From assembly GCA_000091205.1 (NCBI GenBank), contig AP006494.2: DNA of 64,000 nucleotides; one strand, given 5' to 3'. The notes under the pieces are model-generated. The model was not told the DNA's origin and did no database searches. It worked only from the letters and a program-made list of their open reading frames with translations. A program made the position numbers and the translations under genes. Below are positions 55,648 to 64,000 of this stretch, piece by piece. The DNA is from Cyanidioschyzon merolae (taxonomy: Eukaryota). Each line of letters starts with the position of its first letter. Position 1 is the first letter of the stretch.

Positions 55648-58600
55648 GTGCTTTTGCCTGCATTTCATTGTAACACGAAGCACATGCTAGATACGGGACC
55701 CCCAGCGCCACCTCAATCCATTTTACATAACTTTTCGGCCTCAGGATACACCGCTGCCGATGATTGCCCCGATGAGCTCTTGCTAGCTGCTCTCGAAAAG
55801 AGCGGTAACCAAGCGTCCACCGCGGTGGGCGTCCCGCAAGCACCGTTCAACAATGAGCGTATCAACGAGACAGCGCTCGAGTTTCCGCTTTGCGCACGGG
55901 ACGAGCGTCCCGCAGCCGTCCCGCAAGCACCGTTCAACAATGAGCGTATCAACGAGACAGCGCTCGAGTTTCCGCTTTGCGCACGGGACGAGCGTCCCGC
56001 AGCCGTCCCGCAAGCACCGTTCAACAATGAGCGTATCAACGAGACAGCGCTCGAGTTTCCGCTTTGCGCACGGGACGAGCGTCCCGCAGCCGTCCCGCAA
56101 GCACCGTTCAACAATGAGCGTATCAACGAGACAGCGCTCGAGTTTCCGCTTTGCGCACGAGACGAGCGTCCCGCAGCCGTCACGCTCGACGAGGAGGCTG
56201 CAAATTCATGGACCTTTCCGGGTGCGTTGCACATTCGGGAGTACCAGTTCAACATTGTCCGCCGAGCGCTCACGCGCAATACCCTGGTCTGCCTCCCAAC
56301 AGGATTGGGTAAGACCCTGATCGCGGCCGTCGTGATGCTGAACTACATGCGCTGGTACCCTGACGGCATCGTCGTTTTTGTAGCGCCAACAAGACCACTC
56401 GTTCACCAGCAAATGAAGGCATGCTATCAGAGCGCAGGTATTGCACCCCAGCTCACAGCTGAGTTGACGGGCCATACGCGTTTGGCTGCCCGTCGAGCGC
56501 TCTGGCATTCCCGCCGGGTCTTCTTCTCAACCCCGCAGGTGATGTTGAACGATGTCCTGCGACACATCTGTCCCGTCCAGCGCATTGTCTGCGTCGTCTT
56601 TGATGAAGCGCACCGGGCAACTGGTCGATACGCTTACTGTGGACTGGTCTCCGAAATAGAACGGAGCACGGGGGGCTGTTTCCGCGTGCTTGCCCTGACG
56701 GCAACGCCAGGAAGCAGCGCGAACGCCATCCAGCAGGTTATCCACAACCTCCGAATAGCACATCTCGAGTTTCGGCAGGAAAGCGACCCGGACGTACTCC
56801 CGTACACGTACGAGCGCCAGGTGCGGGTAGAGCGAGTTCCTCTGGACGCGGCAATCGCTCAAGTCCTCGGTGCTTTTCAGCGGAGCCTTGCGAGCACGCT
56901 ACAGAAGCTCTGTGCACACGGTGCTTTTTATCAGCGCAACCCGGAAAAAGTGCAACACTACCAGCTAGTCATTGCACAGCGGCGTTGGATTGAGGCTTCT
57001 CGACGACAACAGACATCGAACGTCAATGCCAGCAGAACACTTCCCGTGGCGCTCTTTCGTGACTTTGCGCACGCGCTCCTACTCAGTCGATCAGTTGAGC
57101 TTTTGCGCTCTCAGGGACTAGGAACATGTGTTCGGTACCTCGAGCAGGAACGCACCGCTCAAGCAAAAGGCAACCCGCGTTCTCCGAATGAGCTCACCCG
57201 TCGAAGTGAGCTCCAGGAGCTCCACCTCCGAGTCAAACAGCTTCTCGAGCACGGTACGCGCCATCCGAAGATTGAACGATGCAAGGAGCTCGTTGTCCAG
57301 CACTTTCTGCGGCACGGCTCGTCGGCGTCAACACGAGTAATGATTTTCGTCCAGTACCGCGATGTCGTAGCAGAGCTGGAGGCAGCACTTTCCCAAGCGG
57401 CACCGACGGTTCGACCCGCCTCCTTCATCGGCCAAGCAAACAGTGGTATGACACAAGCCGACCAACATCGTATCATGCGCTTATTTCGACAGGGTGCGCT
57501 GAATTGCCTGGTGAGCACCAGTATCGGTGAAGAGGGCCTCGATATCGGGCACGTTGACCTCATCATCAGTTTCGACGCACTCGGATCGCCGATTCGCATG
57601 CTGCAACGGATGGGCAGGACTGCCAGGGCTCGTGCAGGCCAAGTCATTGTCCTTGTTTCGGAGTCGGCGGAATCACAGCGTTTCGAGGAGATGAATCGTC
57701 GAGCGAATGGTATCGCCGAAACGCTCCGCGATAAGTATAGCAAGTTTAAGTTTTTCAAGGAGTCACCGCTCATGCTGCCGGCTGAAGGCCAGCCGATTCG
57801 ATGCCAGGTGCTGCCGCTCACAGCGATGCCCGCGCTAGAGTCGCAGTCCCAGGAGCCTGAACGTCCCCGAGGGGAAGCGGGTTCGACGCAAGCCCCGCCG
57901 CTGTCGCCACGACTCGAGCGTTTGCTGGTGCTCTGCGTCAACTCAAATCGATCTATGGACTGGATGAAACGCCGTCCGTTGCTGGCGCTGAGCGCATCGC
58001 GGGATACATCGACTGAGGCGGCTCAGATTGTCCTCAACGAAAGCAGGTCCATCGAAGCGCAGTATCGGGTACGCTGCACTTCAACCACGTCGATGCTCTG
58101 GATCCGACTTCACCGACTTGTGCAGCACTTCCTTACCGGAATGCAGGCATCAGAGGTACCAATTTGCTTTGAACGGAGGCAGGGCATCGTCGGGCCTGGC
58201 CGCTGCTGTACGGATTGGAGACGCTCCCGCGAGCTCGCGCTCGACGTCCAGCCTGTTCCCTGCAGGGCGTCCGCGGAGCGCGCTCGGGCTCTGCTGGAGA
58301 CAGGGCCTGCTGAGGCCGCTCGGGCGCCTTTGAGCGATTTCCAGCTCACCTCGGATGCGTCGCAAACGGGTCCCCCGCATTCGGAGAGTGCTCATGGAGA
58401 ACCGATCATACCAATGTGTTCAACGAGCGTCCGGATCGACGCGACTGCAAGCGCTCCAGCCGCTGGTACAGGTGCTGTCGCCTCAGCCAGCGCAGTCTAT
58501 TCGTGTTCAGAAAGCGCTCGGTGCGATGCACATTCGGACCCCACATTGGATACAGCGCGTTATGCATCATCGCCCTGGAATGCACTTTTTCCTGAACCAT

Positions 58601-60996
58601 TGTCGACTCCAGCAGATGCCTCTGATCGCGTCGGTGCCCCGCGTGGCTCTCTGGACGCGGCCAGCAACACATCGAGCACCTCTTCGGTGGTGGAGATACC
58701 CACACCCCCGGAGCTGGTGTCGCGAGCACAGCAGGAGTGTCCAGCAGCGATTCCATCTTCAGATTCAAGGTCATCATCATCATCATCATCTGCGTCGTAT
58801 TCACTGTGTATTGCGGGGAGCTGTTCGCCGCACGGCACTCGGGGCGGTCACGAGTCGGTGCGGTCTACGCGAAGCAGCACACCTGCTTGCCGTATTGATG
58901 AATTTATCTCAAATACGGGTTTGTGGCATTCGTCGTCGGTTGCTGTTCAATCATTACAACGCGAAGCGAATGCAACGTTTCGGCCGACTGAGCATCCGGA
59001 TATTCCGAGTGATCACGGTGCATTCAGTGAAGCGCTGCAAGGTGCTGCACACAATGCTAACACTGGCAGCGTGGCGTGTCATGTGTCAGCTGCGCGGGAA
59101 TGCGCTACTCCAGACGTGCCAGAGGAGGTCGCTTCTTCAGATATCTATTGGGATGAGGTACTCTACCGCACTGCCGCTCTCGCGGAAGAGACCATTCATG
59201 GCCAGTCATGTAGATGTCGAGCGTCACCGCAGCAACTGAACGCGCACTCGCCAAAAACGGCACATTTAGGCTCACCTGCTCATGCGAGCGTCCAGCATCG
59301 TGGAGGCGGCACCCAGTCGGCAAGTCCCCAGACGTACGCCCAGCATTGCCCCGGTTACCCCGGTGAGGCGGTGACTCCAGGGGCGCCACCGTCCTTCCTG
59401 GACGACAACGGTAGCCTGAACTCGGTCGGAGCACCAGCTCGGATACCTACCAAGCGACAACGCGCTCACCTACGGCGAGCACAGGCGAGCGATACGGGAA
59501 CACCGGTGCAGTCGCCGAGCGGCGGCAGCCAGTGTGTCTGTACCCGTTCGAGTGCACGCTCGCACCGCGTTGCTGCGTTAGAGCACTCTCCGGCTATTTT
59601 GACGCCATTCTTGCACCACCGCGCCGCAAGAAGGCCACGGCTGGTCCGAATCAGCGACGCTGCCAGTCAGGTTGCACAGGGCACTGCTCTGAGCGACGCG
59701 CTGCCTAGCGGTAGCGCCAGTCGCTGTCTTGAGGTTGCGGAGGCGTCGCCACGAATATCCGCGAGGCTCGGCTCGGTTGCGCAGCGTCCACGCGCGGCTG
59801 GTACCCGAAGCGCACCCAACAAAAGGATCCGACGCAAGCGTCGGCGTGAACTCGTAGCCGCTTTCATCGACGATCAAGCGGAGGTCTCCAGTTCCGAAGG
59901 CAATGCCTCCGTTGATCCAGACGTTGCCGAAGCGCTTCGCGGCACCGACGGCGACTCCACTAGTCCTGATACCGATACGCCGGGCTCCCTGCGAGCATTC
60001 CTCACGAGCCAGGCGACGAGCCAGTCCACCGGTGAACAACGTCGACAGCGGGCGATGTACTGGCGCTCGTTGCGCTCGCCACAGCTCCACTCACCATTAT
60101 CAGCACAAGTGGAGCACAGTTTGACGACAACGACAACGGATCATCGTGCCTCTATCGTCCAGAGTGGAGCCTCTTCAGAAACCACATCACGACACGGTAT
60201 GCTGGCCGGTCTGAATGAGCCCAGCGAAGGCACTGCAACGGAGCCGGTTGCATCGTCTCCAGACACACCGTGTTATCGCTGTGGGCGGAGTCAGGACCCG
60301 GAGCGTACGCTCCTGTGTGACCGCTGCGACATCGAGTGCCATACGTATTGCTGTGATCCACCGTATGCATCTGTTCCCAGTGGATCCTGGTACTGTCCCC
60401 GGTGTGAGGCGTATCAGCGGAATGTACGCATCCTGGTACATTCGCGCAACCTGAACCATCCCCTACTGACCGCAGTTCGGGAGCAACTCGCGCGCTCGTA
60501 TCCATTGTCGGGTCTGGTACCGTGTGCGGGCCTCGAAGCAGACTATGTCGTGTCGCCGCGAGTTGCAGTGTTCTTTCTCGGACCCGAAAGTGGTCGCACA
60601 CCGAATAGAGAACAGTGGTTCGAGCGACTCGAACGAGCAGCTTCCCGTTACACGCGCATCTTCGTGTGTTGGGTATGGACGAGTCCAATTCAGTTGAGTC
60701 CACGAGGTCTCCCGGCCGTGCTCAACACAAATGCAACGCTCCTTCGCTGCAGCGGAATCGCTCAGGCAGCGGAACGCATCACTGACCTTGCGCTTCTCGA
60801 GCACAGAAGCGGTTACGGACTCGCCTGGGTTCCTTTGTCGTGGCCGGATCGCTTTCAAATGGCCTTAGGATTTCTTCAAAAAGCCGCCGATATGTCCTTC
60901 CTACATGCTATGCTGCTTCTGCTTCGCCACGGCAACGGGATGGACGCTCTACGGGACTGGTATCGCCACGAGGGCGCAGCAATGGCGACAACGTGA
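55648..60996 (+). CDS. FANCM: FANCM/Mph1/Hef-family DEAH helicase with N-terminal 29-aa tandem repeats, a C-terminal PHD finger and a degenerate ERCC4-like domain
   Basis: IREYQFNIVRRALTRNTLVCLPTGLGKTLIAAVVMLNYMRWYPDGIVVFVAPTRPLVHQQ...VFFSTPQVMLNDV...VVFDEAHRATGRYAYC...RVLALTATPGS is nearly collinear with the human FANCM helicase core. Helicase-C: ...SIGEEGLDIGHVDLIISFDALGSPIRMLQRMGRTARA. PHD: CYRCGRS...LCDRCDIECHTYCCDPP...WYCPRC (60271-60408). Downstream ADYVVSPRVAVFFLGPE resembles an ERCC4 motif. Confidence 0.8.
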   Translation: MLLPAFHCNTKHMLDTGPPAPPQSILHNFSASGYTAADDCPDELLLAALEKSGNQASTAVGVPQAPFNNERINETALEFPLCARDERPAAVPQAPFNNERINETALEFPLCARDERPAAVPQAPFNNERINETALEFPLCARDERPAAVPQAPFNNERINETALEFPLCARDERPAAVTLDEEAANSWTFPGALHIREYQFNIVRRALTRNTLVCLPTGLGKTLIAAVVMLNYMRWYPDGIVVFVAPTRPLVHQQMKACYQSAGIAPQLTAELTGHTRLAARRALWHSRRVFFSTPQVMLNDVLRHICPVQRIVCVVFDEAHRATGRYAYCGLVSEIERSTGGCFRVLALTATPGSSANAIQQVIHNLRIAHLEFRQESDPDVLPYTYERQVRVERVPLDAAIAQVLGAFQRSLASTLQKLCAHGAFYQRNPEKVQHYQLVIAQRRWIEASRRQQTSNVNASRTLPVALFRDFAHALLLSRSVELLRSQGLGTCVRYLEQERTAQAKGNPRSPNELTRRSELQELHLRVKQLLEHGTRHPKIERCKELVVQHFLRHGSSASTRVMIFVQYRDVVAELEAALSQAAPTVRPASFIGQANSGMTQADQHRIMRLFRQGALNCLVSTSIGEEGLDIGHVDLIISFDALGSPIRMLQRMGRTARARAGQVIVLVSESAESQRFEEMNRRANGIAETLRDKYSKFKFFKESPLMLPAEGQPIRCQVLPLTAMPALESQSQEPERPRGEAGSTQAPPLSPRLERLLVLCVNSNRSMDWMKRRPLLALSASRDTSTEAAQIVLNESRSIEAQYRVRCTSTTSMLWIRLHRLVQHFLTGMQASEVPICFERRQGIVGPGRCCTDWRRSRELALDVQPVPCRASAERARALLETGPAEAARAPLSDFQLTSDASQTGPPHSESAHGEPIIPMCSTSVRIDATASAPAAGTGAVASASAVYSCSESARCDAHSDPTLDTARYASSPWNALFPEPLSTPADASDRVGAPRGSLDAASNTSSTSSVVEIPTPPELVSRAQQECPAAIPSSDSRSSSSSSSASYSLCIAGSCSPHGTRGGHESVRSTRSSTPACRIDEFISNTGLWHSSSVAVQSLQREANATFRPTEHPDIPSDHGAFSEALQGAAHNANTGSVACHVSAARECATPDVPEEVASSDIYWDEVLYRTAALAEETIHGQSCRCRASPQQLNAHSPKTAHLGSPAHASVQHRGGGTQSASPQTYAQHCPGYPGEAVTPGAPPSFLDDNGSLNSVGAPARIPTKRQRAHLRRAQASDTGTPVQSPSGGSQCVCTRSSARSHRVAALEHSPAILTPFLHHRAARRPRLVRISDAASQVAQGTALSDALPSGSASRCLEVAEASPRISARLGSVAQRPRAAGTRSAPNKRIRRKRRRELVAAFIDDQAEVSSSEGNASVDPDVAEALRGTDGDSTSPDTDTPGSLRAFLTSQATSQSTGEQRRQRAMYWRSLRSPQLHSPLSAQVEHSLTTTTTDHRASIVQSGASSETTSRHGMLAGLNEPSEGTATEPVASSPDTPCYRCGRSQDPERTLLCDRCDIECHTYCCDPPYASVPSGSWYCPRCEAYQRNVRILVHSRNLNHPLLTAVREQLARSYPLSGLVPCAGLEADYVVSPRVAVFFLGPESGRTPNREQWFERLERAASRYTRIFVCWVWTSPIQLSPRGLPAVLNTNATLLRCSGIAQAAERITDLALLEHRSGYGLAWVPLSWPDRFQMALGFLQKAADMSFLHAMLLLLRHGNGMDALRDWYRHEGAAMATT
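55831..56178 (+). repeat. Perfect 4x 87-bp in-frame tandem repeat encoding (VPQAPFNNERINETALEFPLCARDERPAA)x4 in the FANCM-like N-terminus
   Basis: Four identical 87-nt units; the last copy has a single g>a change. They generate the repetitive shadow ORFs 55713..56279 (-), 55783..56100 (-) and 55853..56320 (+). Confidence 0.9.
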
Positions 60997-61216
60997 GCCT
61001 TTAGCGCAGCCGCTGCGAATGCTTGGCTGTCGAGTGCCAGCACCGTGGCGAAATCGTCGACACGAACCTGATCTAAAAGCGATAGGAAACGCCGTCTATC
61101 AACAGCATTCTTTCGAAACAGCGCCTCGCTATAGACGACCGGTGATCACGACCTGGCAGGTAAGACCAAGCGCATGAGTGACCCCTGGGGACGCGTGAAT
61201 GCACGTGTTCTTCAGT

Positions 61217-62350
61217 TTAGCGGGCGTTCGCGCGCAAATTCCGAATATGCAAAAGTGAATCTACAGGTGAACGACAGATGGGGCAACGATCGCTACGCAC
61301 GCGCAACAACTGTGCACAGTCTACACAGAGACACAGGTGGCGACACGGCAGCACCGTGGTATCCCGCGGGTCCGTCATGCAAATGATACAGAGATCATCG
61401 TGTTCTGCTTCAGCGGCTGCAGCGTCGGAATCGTCTGCAGAGGCCATGCGCTCCTCGATGCCGTAGATCTCCTGCAACTCGTAAATGGTGCCGTCTACCA
61501 GGATTTTCTGTTGGACGACCTTGACCGGGATCTCGTCAGCGAGCTCGAGTCCTTTCGGTGGCATGCACAGCGTCACGTATGTGGCCTGGAAACGCACGAG
61601 GCTGCCTCCATTGGGGTCTGTGTCCGTCGAGCGCCCCGCAGACTGTTGTACCTGCCTGTGGCCGCTCTTGGCGAGATCTTCGGCGCTCTCAAGGCGCTGC
61701 AGCAGAATCACAATCGGGTATCGATGCTTGGCGAGTTTGGCCGGGTTCTGTTCGAAAAGAAACGACTCGCGATATCGACTGGGCACGAAACCGCGGTGGC
61801 TATTCTGGCGGTACCGCTGGCCCATACCGGCCTCGAATGGGGTAGGTACTGGGGGCACCGGCTCCAGCGGCTCGACATGGAACTGCTCAACGCGCGTTGT
61901 GCGGTTCGTGAGGTCCTTCGCCATGAAGAAGACTGTGCAGAGGCCCGAGCACGTTGCGTCAAAAACAAACTCCAACAAAAACTGCTGTGGATTTTCGGGA
62001 TCTCTAACAAGGCGTACACTCTTCTTCCGAACATTCAAGTCGTTCTTTATGGTGTACGCGTGAACCATGGTCGGAACCGGCTGTGTGGAACGCTCCGCAC
62101 CACCCTGCAGCCAGCGGAGTCCGGAACTCGAGCCCTGATTCACATCGCCGCCAGGTCGTTGCCAGGAAACCGTGCCGGTCGGAGGCAACCCGTCAACGGC
62201 ACCGGGCTGGGGCACGAGGTTGCCGGGGCTCGTTTCCACAGCTGGTACCGGACGAGGCCCCAGCACCCGTGCCTCCGGTGCATCGTTTCCCGGTCCGTCT
62301 CCGAATCGCTGTGCAACGTGTACATCAGCCTGCGAGTTCACGTTTCCCAT
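61217..62350 (-). CDS. MGRN1: MGRN1 (mahogunin)-like RING E3 ubiquitin ligase with N-myristoylation motif
   Basis: N-terminus MGNVNSQ, a Gly2 myristoylation consensus. LVRDPENPQQFLLEFVFDATCSGLCTVFF and KILVDGTIYELQEIYGIEE match the conserved MGRN1 DAR2 region. C-terminal RING: CIICMTDPRDTTVLPCRHLCLCVDCAQLLRVRSDRCPICRSPV. Confidence 0.9.
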   Translation of the reverse strand: MGNVNSQADVHVAQRFGDGPGNDAPEARVLGPRPVPAVETSPGNLVPQPGAVDGLPPTGTVSWQRPGGDVNQGSSSGLRWLQGGAERSTQPVPTMVHAYTIKNDLNVRKKSVRLVRDPENPQQFLLEFVFDATCSGLCTVFFMAKDLTNRTTRVEQFHVEPLEPVPPVPTPFEAGMGQRYRQNSHRGFVPSRYRESFLFEQNPAKLAKHRYPIVILLQRLESAEDLAKSGHRQVQQSAGRSTDTDPNGGSLVRFQATYVTLCMPPKGLELADEIPVKVVQQKILVDGTIYELQEIYGIEERMASADDSDAAAAEAEHDDLCIICMTDPRDTTVLPCRHLCLCVDCAQLLRVRSDRCPICRSPVDSLLHIRNLRANAR

Positions 62351-62425
62351 GAAATGAGCAACGAGTCGGGTGTGCTTCGAGGGCCCGTCTGTACACGGCT
62401 TTTATAGCGAACGCGCTGCGTAACT

Positions 62426-62637
62426 GCTAGGTCGCTAGGTCGCTAGGTTGCTAGGTCGCTAGGTCGCTAGGTCGCTAGGTCGCTAGGTCGCTAGGTCGCT
62501 AGGTCGCTAGATCGCTTGGTCGTTAGGTCGCTAGGTCGCTAGGTCGCTAGGTCGCTAGGTCGCTAGGTCGCTAGGTCGCTAGGTCGCTAGGTCGCTAGGT
62601 CGCTAGGTCGCTAGGTCGCTAGGTCGCTAGGTCGCTA
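62426..62637. repeat. (GGTCGCTA)n minisatellite, about 26 units, with a few variant units
   Basis: gctaggtcgctaggtcgctagg... read directly from the sequence. It lies 76 bp upstream of the MGRN1-like ATG (minus-strand gene). Confidence 0.95.
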
Positions 62638-63882
62638 CCGTTTCTCCGACCTGAGACGTTACCAGAGGCCTGCGGCACGGGCCCGGCGCAGGCAGGCCCT
62701 TGCGCTGCGATGATCGAGCGCGCTGCGCACTGGATACCTCATGAGCAGCTAGCGTTCACGGTTGCATGGAGCGCGGGCTGCTTGGTATCGTGTCCGGTTT
62801 TGCCAAAGGCAAGACGGGTTTGAATCTCGAGGAATGTGGTCGTGCTTTTCGAGTGAGGTATGGTGGTCTGTTTTCTGAAAGTTTAGAGCACGTACGCTTT
62901 CAGTGGAGTCTAGATCGATGCACCTAACGCACCAGGTAGAAGGAAGGCCTGCTTGCGTTGCTTCTCGTGAGGATCGGAAGCGCTTTGCGCACGTGTTTCA
63001 GCACTTGCAGGTATGCATGGGGAACGGTTCGTGGGAACGCGAAACTATTGAAGCCGCGAAAGACTGTGCACACTTTAGTTGTAGCGGTCGATGGTCAGGT
63101 GCGGAAACCTTGGGGTGCGTAGAAGGCGAGCGTTGCGCTCGCCGTTCTGCAGCGCAGAGGCTCGATCAGAAACGATCCGGTATCATAGTTGGGCACGTGC
63201 TTGCAGGGACATTGCTTACCCAGACACGCTTTTCTAAAAATACGGTCTTGTCGTTACGTTTCCTGGTTCGAGCGGGCGCGTCACCAGGTGAGGTCCACAA
63301 AGCACCTCGCTAGCGCGCGCGTTGCGGACGAATCCCAGAGAAATCACAGCGGCAGTCCAGGACTTGTACGACGAATGCAGTATAAGGGCATCATTACGTG
63401 CGGGTTGGAAGCAGTTTACGGAGGGATTTGTTGACTTTCGTCGGATCGGCGTTTGTGCCGGCCTTTGTGCCTCCCAATGAATCTTGCATATGGATTCGCT
63501 CTGGGTAGCGGCGAGGCGCCATTTTGCGCGTCAGCAGCTCTCTCTGTTGCGCTGATGTCGAGTCCGGTCTGGTGACTTTATTTGCTGGCGCATCAGGCAT
63601 GGCGCTCGAGGCATCAGCGCATCGTTACGGGCATTGGCATCCACGCGTACGCTTCCCAGCGCTTGGGTGACAGATTCGATCGCGTGCGCTTCCACTAGTC
63701 AAGCACGTAAACGGTTCCCGCCTTCAAGCGATGAGACGACGGCATACAAAGCAGAGCCTGGAACGCCTACAACGCAGATCGCGGTGCTGCTTCGGATGCC
63801 GACGCTCGCTGCAGCGCGCACGATGGATCGTCGAACGCAGCCGACGTTGCCGCCGGTGAAGTAGAACTGGATGCGTGTGTGG

Positions 63883-63906
63883 ATGCATGCATGCATGCAT
63901 GCATAC
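63883..63906. repeat. (GCAT)n tetranucleotide repeat
   Basis: gatgcatgcatgcatgcatgcata read directly from the sequence. Confidence 0.85.
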
Positions 63907-64000
63907 GTGCGTCCCTGTTGATATGCGTGTCTAGATCGAAGCGCTCAGCGACAGCATCAGCTGCGATCGCGTGTTGCTCGAAGCGGCACTTTGGCTGGCA

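Noticed and set aside
55831-56178. CRISPR-like array (regular direct repeats). The minisatellite at 62426-62637 was considered in the same way.
   Set aside because: The units abut with no spacers, the repeat is in-frame inside a eukaryotic CDS, and there are no cas genes. These are tandem repeats.
1-64000. A prokaryotic or viral origin, with defence or operon-type 'systems'.
   Set aside because: The window contains eL27, eL33, Nup35, NAC-beta, RFC, Rad21, MGRN1 and FANCM. These are all eukaryote-specific. There are no Shine-Dalgarno-type operon structures.
1-64000. tRNA, 5S or snRNA genes.
   Set aside because: I scanned for T-loop GGTTCGANTCC-type boxes and for the snRNA hallmarks I know (U1 5' end, U2 branch-site box) and found no convincing instance. 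Absence is not proven without tRNAscan or Infernal.

Overview
This 64-kb window is eukaryotic nuclear DNA with moderately high GC (roughly 55-60%). Evidence for that: cytosolic ribosomal proteins eL27 and eL33/L35Ae, a Nup35 nucleoporin, RFC, a Rad21 kleisin, FANCM, MGRN1 and NAC-beta are all present as long uninterrupted ORFs on both strands. Genes look essentially intron-free and are spaced about one per 3 kb. That pattern fits a compact, intron-poor protist or algal genome, for example a Cyanidioschyzon-type red alga or a thraustochytrid; this is speculation. It does not fit kinetoplastid polycistrons because strands alternate, and it is not prokaryotic.

About 20 protein-coding genes can be supported. 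Confident calls are an SHPRH-like SNF2/RING helicase, Nup35, agmatine deiminase, a mitochondrial-type DnaJ, a PPPDE/DeSI peptidase, a 2H phosphoesterase, an AAA ATPase, the divergent RPL35A/RPL27 pair, an RFC small subunit, NAC-beta/BTF3, Rad21/Rec8, a FANCM-like helicase and an MGRN1-like RING E3. Several further ORFs are hypothetical. I could not recognise any tRNA, rRNA or CRISPR.

The main unexplained structure is one decayed dispersed repeat family of about 1.2 kb. It has four substantial copies plus two fragments, about 7% of the window, and all copies lie in 5' intergenic spacers. Two copies share a 374-bp core at about 98% identity while the rest of those two copies is only about 70% identical. 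Other points worth a second look are: a perfect 4x 87-bp in-frame tandem repeat at the N-terminus of the FANCM-like gene; a PHD finger inserted into that protein; a secreted Tyr/Lys/Gln-rich hexapeptide-repeat protein; a (GGTCGCTA)n minisatellite 76 bp upstream of the MGRN1-like start; and several other microsatellites.
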